Source of the DNA: Candidatus Zhuqueibacterota bacterium
GTDB taxonomy: Bacteria > Zhuqueibacterota > Zhuqueibacteria > Thermofontimicrobiales > Thermofontimicrobiaceae
DNA length: 64,000 nt
Reading direction: 5' to 3'
Assembly: GCA_034505795.1 (NCBI GenBank)
Contig: JAPDQM010000001.1
Span: 6,094-70,093, forward strand
Positions within the stretch are counted from its first letter, which is position 1. Each line of letters begins with the position of its first letter. The notes beneath the pieces were generated by a model that made no database searches, was not told where the DNA came from, and saw nothing but the letters and a program-made list of their open reading frames with translations. Both the position numbers and the translations under genes were made by a program. This document shows, in pieces, positions 56,568 through 64,000 of this stretch.

Positions 56568-58367
56568 TTAAAATGCCTGTCCCACTGAAAAATAGATTTC
56601 TCCAGGCGTTTCACCAGAGCGCCGATCCAGTTTCAGGCCGTAATCCAGCCGCAGAATACCAAGTGGCGAATTAAAACGCAGGCCGAATCCCATGCCTTTC
56701 CTGAAATCAAGCTTTTCAACCTGATGCAGACCAGACCACACATTGCCCACATCCAGAAAGGCTATGGCGGAGAATTTTTTATAAAACATATACCGCACTT
56801 CCATCAGATTGAGCACCAGCAACATATTGCCACCGACGGGATTCCGTCGCTGGTCCAGCGGCCCCACAAATTTTTCTTTGAAACCGCGCACCGATGATGC
56901 GCCACCGGTGAAAAATCGCTCTTGAATGGGAATGTCGGTAGAGGAGCCAAACTTGTCCATCCAGCCGGCAGTCAAAGCTGATGCCAATACCAGGCGCTCA
57001 CCGAGGGTATAAAAATACTTGTGCCGGGCAGAAATTTTCACAAACGTCGCCGTGCCCTTTAAAAAGGCGCCAGCGCTTTCCACATCCAGCGAACTGAACG
57101 CGCCACGCGTGGTATTGACCAGGTCGTTACGTGAGTCTCGCACCAGGCTTAACGTCAGGCTGCGCGTATTGCCCCGTCGAGTTGATCGCAGAGTGTCAGG
57201 AATCGCCTCGCCAGACAAATGGACGATTTCGTAACGATAGGATAGGTTTAACTTGGAGAGCATTCCCAGACGGCGGCCCAGGGTAAATTTGGTGCCATAA
57301 TGCCGTAAGCTATAGCCAGGCTCTTCCCGGCGTTCAAAAAATTCGTTGATGTCGGCCTTAGTTCTAGTGTTGAATAGCCAGGGATCTGAAAATGAAAGTT
57401 CCAGTCGCCGCGCAATGGTACTTACGAATGCGGATAGTCCAATTTGACGCGCCGTACCGGCAACATTGTTTTGCAGCAGCTCGATCGATCCTCGCCAGCG
57501 ATCCAGCGTGCCATAGCCAAAACCAAAATTCAATTCACCGTTTTTCTTTTCTTCCGCCTCGATGCGAATGTTACGAACTATGGCTTCGGTCGTACTTCGG
57601 TCATCCGGTCGAATAAAGACGCTGGTGAAAAGGCCTGTCAGATACAGGTTGTGCTGGCTAGCTAAAATGCGACTGTGATGATAGATGTCGCCCGATTGAA
57701 AATCCAATTCTCGCAACAAAACCCGCCGGCGGGTTTTCTTCAAACCATCAATCACCAATTCGCCAATCCGAATCTGTGGGCCTTCGTCAATATTGAAATC
57801 AATCAGGATGGTATGTTGCTCTGAATTGACCTTCAAAGCCGGGGAGACTTGCGCTTCGATATAACCCCGATCGGCGTAAAACGACAACAGACGATAGGTA
57901 TCGTCTTCCAGCGTGCTTTTGCGAAACGGCTGGCCAACTACGGATTTGATCTGGCCATGCAATACCGAATCGGCAGCGATTTGATTGCCAAAAAATGAAA
58001 TTCCGGCAATGGTGGTCTGCTCGCCTTCATGGATTGTGATGTGAATGGAAACCTGCTGGCGCAAGGAATCAAAAGTCAGGGAACGGTCATCGATCCGGGC
58101 ATCCAAAAAACCATCGTTGATGTAAAATTTGATCAGATGATCCAGATCATCTTCAAACAGATTGGGATCAAAATAGCGTTTCGCCAGCAGATTCGACGGC
58201 CGGGTCAACATCATCCGCTGCAACTGCCGGCTGGAGTACAGGCGATTGCCGGAGAATTCGATCGATCGCACCCTAAATTTTTCAGAGCCGGTAGCGCCGC
58301 TCATGGTTGAAAGACTCAGGAGGGCGATGATAATGGGTGCCAGTTTGAATTTGCTGGAGATGCTCAT
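56568..58367 (-). CDS. tamA: Omp85-family translocation and assembly module protein TamA
   Basis: Signal peptide, three POTRA-like repeats, a C-terminal surface-antigen barrel, and terminal GQAF. The start is 8 nt downstream of the tamB stop. Confidence 0.75.
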   Translation of the reverse strand: MSISSKFKLAPIIIALLSLSTMSGATGSEKFRVRSIEFSGNRLYSSRQLQRMMLTRPSNLLAKRYFDPNLFEDDLDHLIKFYINDGFLDARIDDRSLTFDSLRQQVSIHITIHEGEQTTIAGISFFGNQIAADSVLHGQIKSVVGQPFRKSTLEDDTYRLLSFYADRGYIEAQVSPALKVNSEQHTILIDFNIDEGPQIRIGELVIDGLKKTRRRVLLRELDFQSGDIYHHSRILASQHNLYLTGLFTSVFIRPDDRSTTEAIVRNIRIEAEEKKNGELNFGFGYGTLDRWRGSIELLQNNVAGTARQIGLSAFVSTIARRLELSFSDPWLFNTRTKADINEFFERREEPGYSLRHYGTKFTLGRRLGMLSKLNLSYRYEIVHLSGEAIPDTLRSTRRGNTRSLTLSLVRDSRNDLVNTTRGAFSSLDVESAGAFLKGTATFVKISARHKYFYTLGERLVLASALTAGWMDKFGSSTDIPIQERFFTGGASSVRGFKEKFVGPLDQRRNPVGGNMLLVLNLMEVRYMFYKKFSAIAFLDVGNVWSGLHQVEKLDFRKGMGFGLRFNSPLGILRLDYGLKLDRRSGETPGEIYFSVGQAF

Positions 58368-58374
58368 GGTACGA

Positions 58375-61300
58375 CTAATAAAATTTAAAATTGAATTTCA
58401 AGTCCAGGCCTGATTGCCCTCGCTGGCCGGTATTGCCGACAACCGAAATGAATCGATAAAGCTGATAACCCAATCGTATCTGTTGATCATTGGTCTGTCC
58501 GATGACCGTGGAATACGTGATATTGATGCGATCGGATAATTGCTTGGTGGCCGTGAGGCGTGGTCCCCATGATTTATCAATTTGAAACAAGTTGCCCTCG
58601 ATGGAGACGTTTTCCAATGCCAGCGTTTCACTGAGTTTTTGCTCGGTCATACCGGCCAGGCGCTGACTGGTGATTTCTTTGAAACGGCTAAACATCACGT
58701 CTTGCAGCGACTCCCGTGGCCCATTGACAGCCGTTGGAAAAAGATCGCGGCGAGTACGGCCGACAGTGAGCAAGGCAACGATATCGGCATTATCCAATGG
58801 CGGCGAAGCGCTCAGTTCAAACGAAGGCTTATCCAGAGTGCCAGATAATTTAAGCGTGATTTCATAGCGTCGCTCAACCGCAGTTTGATAGTCGGTAATG
58901 CTGCAGATCGCTGTCAACTGGATGAGCGGATTGATGCGATGCGGATCATTGAAATCCATGACGCCCTGGATGATTTTAAATTTCCGATCGAGGTACAGCA
59001 CATAGCCTTTATGAACCAGAATTCGTCCGGCAATGTTGGGTTGATTGAGGGTTCCTGCCAGGTTGAGGTTGGCGCTGAGTTGAATTTTGGCTAAGTTGTT
59101 TTCGATCCAGACATTTTCCTGGCCCTGAATAATGACATCCAGCGCCAGTTGGTTGAAAAATTGATTACGATAAGCTGCCGAGCGGTTCGGTACATGAGTC
59201 AGGAAATCCCGTACTCGCGGCCGAAAATCCTGGATGTATTTGGTTTCGGCCAACCGCACCTGGCCGGCCAGACGAAACTGCTGGTTGGCCTGCGTCAGAT
59301 GCAGCTCACCCCGCTCAATGCCCAGAACAAAGATATTTGATGATCTCAAATTGATCTGATTGAGCAGCAGCGACAGGTTGGCATTTGTTAGCTCCAACTC
59401 ATCTATGGTCAATCCTCCGCTTAAATAAAAGGTGCCGCTACCCATCTCGCCGGCGAAATGATGAATTCGAATCTGGTTGTCCTGACACTGGAGTTCGGCG
59501 TTGAGGTTGCTGATGGCCGGGGCGATGGTCGGCAAGCTCAGACTCATCTGCTGCAGCCGCAACGTGCCATTGAGCTTAGGTTGGCGCAGCGATCCCATCA
59601 TCGTCAAATTGAAGCTCGCCTTGCCTGAAAGCGTTGCCAGGGAAGGAAGCAACGGCTTTAGCCAGCTTATATCAAGGTTGTCGGCTGAGGTGACTAAGCG
59701 TAGGCTATCCAGCCCTACGGGCAATTGGTCATCCGTAGCCAATTGGATGGGCAATGTTCCGGCCAGATAAATGCGACCGGTTCCGATTTTAAAACCCGAT
59801 TCCTGGAAGCTGATCACCTGCTGATCGTACCGACCAAAGATGTGGAGCGAGTCGATGGTGGTTTGTTCGATGGAAATTTGATCGCTGGTCAATTTAATGG
59901 CCATCTCGGGAGCCTCGATACGACCTGCGAGAGCGATCTCCAGATTGAGCCATCCATTAAGCCGGGCGTGAGTAGGGGAGATGAGAGCCAGTTTGCTCAA
60001 GTCCAGACGATCCAGCCGAAGTTGTCCGGCCAGGATCTCGCCCGCCCGAACCGTGCTGGCAAACTGCATCGCTCCGAGCTGAGGGGCGCGACAAGATAAT
60101 GTCACCGTAAAATTCTTTACGTCTTCGATTTCTGCCGCACCAGCGCCGGTGAATCCGACAGAGCCAATTTTGCCGGCCAGTTGCTGAATTTCAATGCGTT
60201 GATCCTGAAACTGCAGTTTGAGTTTCAGAGAGTCGATAGTGGAGCCGGTGGTCGAATTGAGTACTCCGTCGATAACTTCCAGGTTACCGTAAAGTTTGGG
60301 CGCACTCAAATTCCCCCGAAAAGCCAGCTCTGTCTTAAGCAAGCCGCGAATATCTGTTGGCAGATGGAACAGCCGGATTACTGGTTGAAGTGCCAGTCCA
60401 TCGGTTCGAAGCGATCCGTTGATAGACTGCTCATCGAAACTGGCGTGTAGATCCAGCCGGCCCTGGCTGGCAATAATTTTTTGTGCGCTATCCAACTCAA
60501 ATGCTGCTACAGCCAATTCTGTTGCCAAACGCTCTTGCCAATCGATGTGTCCGGACAACTGCAGCAATTGCTGCGGTTGCTTCAAATCGAATTGTTCGAT
60601 CACCAATTGGGGACCTTGCGTTTTGAGTTCACATTTCAAGCTATCGAAGCGAATTGTCGCAATCTGACCGGAAGTCCAACAGATTCCAATCGTGGCCTGC
60701 AACTCATCCAGTGCGCCATGGGCAGTGATATAATAGCTGCCGGTTCCAGCCAACGAATCTATCTTCAGATACCGCGCCAGTTGCCGAAAGTCGTGAAGGT
60801 AGCCCTGGCCCGTAAGATTTGACAGACTGAGCTCCTGGTTTTGTAAATAGAGCCCACCTTTGAGACTATCGATGGGCACACCGAAATAGGAACCTTCCTG
60901 CAGTTGAAAATTAAGAAGTGCTTCGGGAGAATTGATTGTTCCCGCGAACTGTCCAGCAAACGATAACTTGCCAGTGGCCTGCGGTACATTGACGAGGTTG
61001 GCAATAGCTGTGATGGATGCGAGCTGGCCGGCCACGCGACCGGCAATCAAGCTGTCCTGGATATTTCCGACCAAGCGGATCGCTGAACCATTTTGGTACA
61101 GATGGAATTGGAGTTCGCCGCGATCGAGGCGAAGATCTGCTTGCATCTTTTCAACCGGCTGATCATCGAGAGACAACTGCGAGAGGCTGAGTTCGGCAGC
61201 GGCACGTAGTTGTTGCCAATCGAGGTTGCGGCCGTTAAGCGAGAGCGTGCCAGTAATTGTTCCGCTCAAAGACGTTGAATCTTGATCATAGATGTATTGC

Positions 61301-62412
61301 AATAGTTTTTGAATCTGCAAATCTTTCAATGCCAGGCGTAATTGATACTCCAGGGCACTATCCTTAATTAGGATTTCGCCGGCTCCGACAAGTTTCGCTG
61401 ACCAAGCTGCCAGCAGCAATGAATCCAGTTGCAATCGTCGCTCAGCGAGTGCAAATGTGGCGCGAAAAATATCTATTGGAACGTGCTGAATTCTTCCACG
61501 AAGCAGTTGCGCTGTTAGGATACCTGCCGGGCGATCCAATGGGCCAGCGAGGGAAGCGCGAATTGCCAAATTGCCTGCGCTGGCGCTGTCCTGGGTGGTT
61601 GCCGTGAGTTGATTTAGAGCGCGCAATTGCAGATCAATCGCCAGCCGGGTATTGGCCAGCCGGTCTTCGGCGAGCGAATAGGTGCCGCTTACCTGCGCCA
61701 CCAGGTCATCGGTTGCCAGATGAAAATCGGTTAGCGTGAGATCATTATTCTGAAGTTGAAAAGACAAATTGAGTTGGTGCAGATTTTGTTGGAGATTTTT
61801 CCACCAAATGCTGCCCCCTTTCGCTGTTAGGCTACCGGCCAGATGGTCGGAGCTATTGCTGGCGTGGACGCTGCCATTCACGCCTGATAACTGGATGGTT
61901 ACCGAGTCGGCAATGTCGTGAAATGCCAATTCGAGATTTTGAATCGTTAGCTTTTGAAGTTCAAATTGAAAGCCAGTCCGGTCCGTTGGTGTTGGCGAAG
62001 TTGCGTCACGGTCTGTGGCCAGCAACCTGGTGGGGAGATGAAAACGTCCGCCAGCATCCCGAACAATCATTAACTTGGGACGATCAATCAGCAACTCGTG
62101 AATCGACAGCCTGGCGGCAAAAAGCTGGAATAGATTGTATCGGATTTTAAGGCGAGCGAAAGTCAAAATGGGCGGTTGGCTGTCGCTGGAGTCATGCAGG
62201 GCAAAATTATTGATCTGAATTTGCGTGAACAAATTCGTTCGCAGGCTTTCCATGGCGATAGGGGCCTCGAGCCAGCGCGTCAGTTGGTGCTGGGCAATTT
62301 TCATAATCAAATAATTGCCCGGTGGCGTCATCAAGAACAAGAGGATTGCCAGGATGCCACTAATGACTACAACCACTAAGATTCTAAATATCTTCCAGCC
62401 AGCAATTTTCAT
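58375..62412 (-). CDS. tamB: translocation and assembly module protein TamB (AsmA-like, DUF490 C-terminus)
   Basis: N-terminal TM anchor (MKIAGWKIFRILVVVVISGILAILLF), a roughly 1300-aa repetitive beta-rich body, and a C-terminal DUF490-like region ending KFNFKFY. The track ORF's 60-aa N-terminal extension is rejected. Confidence 0.75.
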   Translation of the reverse strand: MKIAGWKIFRILVVVVISGILAILLFLMTPPGNYLIMKIAQHQLTRWLEAPIAMESLRTNLFTQIQINNFALHDSSDSQPPILTFARLKIRYNLFQLFAARLSIHELLIDRPKLMIVRDAGGRFHLPTRLLATDRDATSPTPTDRTGFQFELQKLTIQNLELAFHDIADSVTIQLSGVNGSVHASNSSDHLAGSLTAKGGSIWWKNLQQNLHQLNLSFQLQNNDLTLTDFHLATDDLVAQVSGTYSLAEDRLANTRLAIDLQLRALNQLTATTQDSASAGNLAIRASLAGPLDRPAGILTAQLLRGRIQHVPIDIFRATFALAERRLQLDSLLLAAWSAKLVGAGEILIKDSALEYQLRLALKDLQIQKLLQYIYDQDSTSLSGTITGTLSLNGRNLDWQQLRAAAELSLSQLSLDDQPVEKMQADLRLDRGELQFHLYQNGSAIRLVGNIQDSLIAGRVAGQLASITAIANLVNVPQATGKLSFAGQFAGTINSPEALLNFQLQEGSYFGVPIDSLKGGLYLQNQELSLSNLTGQGYLHDFRQLARYLKIDSLAGTGSYYITAHGALDELQATIGICWTSGQIATIRFDSLKCELKTQGPQLVIEQFDLKQPQQLLQLSGHIDWQERLATELAVAAFELDSAQKIIASQGRLDLHASFDEQSINGSLRTDGLALQPVIRLFHLPTDIRGLLKTELAFRGNLSAPKLYGNLEVIDGVLNSTTGSTIDSLKLKLQFQDQRIEIQQLAGKIGSVGFTGAGAAEIEDVKNFTVTLSCRAPQLGAMQFASTVRAGEILAGQLRLDRLDLSKLALISPTHARLNGWLNLEIALAGRIEAPEMAIKLTSDQISIEQTTIDSLHIFGRYDQQVISFQESGFKIGTGRIYLAGTLPIQLATDDQLPVGLDSLRLVTSADNLDISWLKPLLPSLATLSGKASFNLTMMGSLRQPKLNGTLRLQQMSLSLPTIAPAISNLNAELQCQDNQIRIHHFAGEMGSGTFYLSGGLTIDELELTNANLSLLLNQINLRSSNIFVLGIERGELHLTQANQQFRLAGQVRLAETKYIQDFRPRVRDFLTHVPNRSAAYRNQFFNQLALDVIIQGQENVWIENNLAKIQLSANLNLAGTLNQPNIAGRILVHKGYVLYLDRKFKIIQGVMDFNDPHRINPLIQLTAICSITDYQTAVERRYEITLKLSGTLDKPSFELSASPPLDNADIVALLTVGRTRRDLFPTAVNGPRESLQDVMFSRFKEITSQRLAGMTEQKLSETLALENVSIEGNLFQIDKSWGPRLTATKQLSDRINITYSTVIGQTNDQQIRLGYQLYRFISVVGNTGQRGQSGLDLKFNFKFY

Positions 62413-62713
62413 TTTAAATCCAAAGGATGAGGATGAGTTTTCTTTAGCATGTCTTCCATGACTGTTCAATTGATCGCATTCAACCAGCTTGATGCATCGG
62501 CGGTTTGTGACTGGTTCATGGATTATAGTCTTAATTTTACCTTTGAGTTCCAGAACAAATATAATAAACGCATTCCATTGAAGCAAGATCAATGTGACTC
62601 TGCGTTGGCGCGAATAGGCAATGCGAAAAGAAATAATTGGACCGATGGATGATTCATGCTCAAATTAAAAATTTGATATTGAAGATTAAATTCCATTTGA
62701 TCCAAAATTTTGC

Positions 62714-62742
62714 TTGACAATGCCACCGGTTTATTCTATATT
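62714..62742 (+). promoter_or_regulatory. sigma70 promoter TTGACA-17-TATATT
   Basis: Perfect -35 TTGACA at 62714-62719 and -10 TATATT at 62737-62742, about 60 nt upstream of the AAGGAG RBS and the ATG at 62806. Confidence 0.5.
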
Positions 62743-62805
62743 CTACACGTTCAAAATGAATTCAATCGTAATCAAAAACTTCAACGAAAACTCAAGGAGA
62801 TGGGG

Positions 62806-64000
62806 ATGAAAGAGCACACGCATCAACTAAGCCGGACAATGTTCATTGTGCTGATCATGGTGGTCATGTCGTTATCGATTTTTTCCACTGCTATAATTGC
62901 TCAAACGCTAAAATGTTTTATTCTGACACCGCCGGAACAACTGCTGGAGGGGGTAAAACGACTGGCCATCACGGATTTTTCAGTGACCACCAGTTACAGT
63001 AGCGACGATCCTCCAGGCAAAGGCAAGAAAAAAGATTGGGAGAAGGTGCTGGATGTGGTCAGTAAAGTGGCGGACAAGGAAAAAGGGCAGCAGCGGTTTC
63101 TGGACAGCGGCGAAAAGATGGCCAATCTCATGATTGCGGCGCTACTGGAGGAAGATCGTGGCATAAGAGATGTGGGCAGCGGCTTTTTGGGACTCAGCAA
63201 AAAAGAAGGCAAGAGTTTTCAGCAGGGAGCTCGCACCAATGTCTTCGAGATCGTTGAACGCAGTCAAATCGCTCGGGTGATGCAAGAGCTACAACTGGCG
63301 CAAACCGGTATCGTCGATGAAGCCCAGGCGGCTCAGGTTGGCAAGATGCTCGGCGTGGATGCCATCATTACCGGCACGGTCACGGTTTCTTGCAATGACC
63401 AATGGGTCAAAGAAACTCGCAAGGATAAGAAGAAGGGGAATTATACTGTGGATTGCAATAAGCGGGCAGCCAGTGCCTTTGCCACAATCCGTTTTATCCA
63501 GGTAGAAACCGGTCAAGTGATTGGCTCCAAGCAGGCGCAACATAAGGAAGAACTGAAGAAATGCGAAGGCGAGTACGGTAGCGAATTGCCCACGCCAGAG
63601 ACAACGGTGGATAAGTGCTTACAAACGGTGGCGGCTGAACTGGTAAAATATTTTGCCCCACGCTTTGAATTGCAAAAGATGGAATTGGCCAAAATCGAAG
63701 GCAATGAATATAAACGTTATGCCGAGACTGCCAAAAATGCGCTGGATCGCTACGATCTGGATACGGCCTATTTGCAATATGTGGCCATTGTTGAGAGCGA
63801 TCCCTATAATCACGCTGCATTGTTCAATGTTGGAGTGTTGGAGGAAGCCGTTGGTAATTATAGCCGGGCGCTGGAAAAATACACCATGGCTGCCAAGCTG
63901 AAAAGCAAAGAGGATAAATATTTCAAAGCCCAAAGCCGGGTCGCCAAGCAGGTCGGTTTCTGGGAAAAATTGAATGCCATGGGAATTTACTTGCAGGAGC
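62806..64000 (+). CDS. CsgG/LpoB-like fold protein with C-terminal TPR-like repeats (partial, continues past window end)
   Basis: AAGGAG RBS and a signal peptide. Core ...ERSQIARVMQELQLAQTGIVDEAQAAQVGKMLGVDAIITGTV resembles CsgG-family proteins. TPR-like helices follow. The ORF is missing from the track because it runs off the end. Confidence 0.45.
   Translation, partial: MKEHTHQLSRTMFIVLIMVVMSLSIFSTAIIAQTLKCFILTPPEQLLEGVKRLAITDFSVTTSYSSDDPPGKGKKKDWEKVLDVVSKVADKEKGQQRFLDSGEKMANLMIAALLEEDRGIRDVGSGFLGLSKKEGKSFQQGARTNVFEIVERSQIARVMQELQLAQTGIVDEAQAAQVGKMLGVDAIITGTVTVSCNDQWVKETRKDKKKGNYTVDCNKRAASAFATIRFIQVETGQVIGSKQAQHKEELKKCEGEYGSELPTPETTVDKCLQTVAAELVKYFAPRFELQKMELAKIEGNEYKRYAETAKNALDRYDLDTAYLQYVAIVESDPYNHAALFNVGVLEEAVGNYSRALEKYTMAAKLKSKEDKYFKAQSRVAKQVGFWEKLNAMGIYLQE

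Noticed and set aside
62413-62592. 60-aa N-terminal extension of the TamB ORF
   Set aside because: The TM anchor begins at the internal ATG (MKIAGWKIF...). The upstream residues look like translated spacer.

Overview
This 64-kb window looks like a chromosomal segment from a Gram-negative bacterium at about 48% GC. One gene product carries a T9SS-type C-terminal sorting domain plus a dockerin-like repeat, and the window also holds LTD, TamA/TamB and TonB-dependent-receptor genes. Together these point to an uncultivated FCB-group or candidate-phylum lineage, but this is inference only. Most of the window is densely packed housekeeping and envelope genes. They include a sigma-70 factor (partial), HU, CdaA, ppa-psiE-corA, an M48 protease, nadE, htpG, pepD, ppiD, AlaX and PhzF. 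There is a minus-strand outer-membrane cluster of tamB-tamA, a TonB-dependent receptor, an LTD protein and a hypothetical OMP. There is also a 1348-aa secreted S8 protease, a heparinase II/III-like protein, and a Mo-oxidoreductase/dihaem cytochrome c pair. Canonical sigma70 -35/-10 promoters and several rho-independent terminators are visible. The stretch from about 23.97 to 30.6 kb is the most unusual. Its non-housekeeping parts are AT-rich, around 35-38% GC. It contains a MazE/MazF-like type II TA pair and a candidate type-I-toxin-like hydrophobic mini-ORF. Next to that mini-ORF is a GC-rich highly structured 110-bp element. A short palindrome family (CCGCC-N4-GGCGG) occurs in pairs at both ends of the stretch, and there is a 7-copy array of TTCTG(A/T)G repeats at about 16-bp periodicity. 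The stretch also holds a small MazG-like NTP pyrophosphohydrolase and a low-GC AAA+ ATPase fused to a DUF234/PD-(D/E)xK-like nuclease domain. I suspect this is a horizontally acquired stress/defence islet. Its parts (TA pair, MazG-like NTPase, ATPase-nuclease) are individually known family types, but I do not recognise the combination as a described system. Other notable points follow. CorA probably starts at a non-canonical ATT codon. CdaA is fused to CdaR/YbbR domains. There is a 778-aa conserved hypothetical with no recognisable family, and tamB sits upstream of tamA. No rRNA, tRNA or CRISPR array was found.
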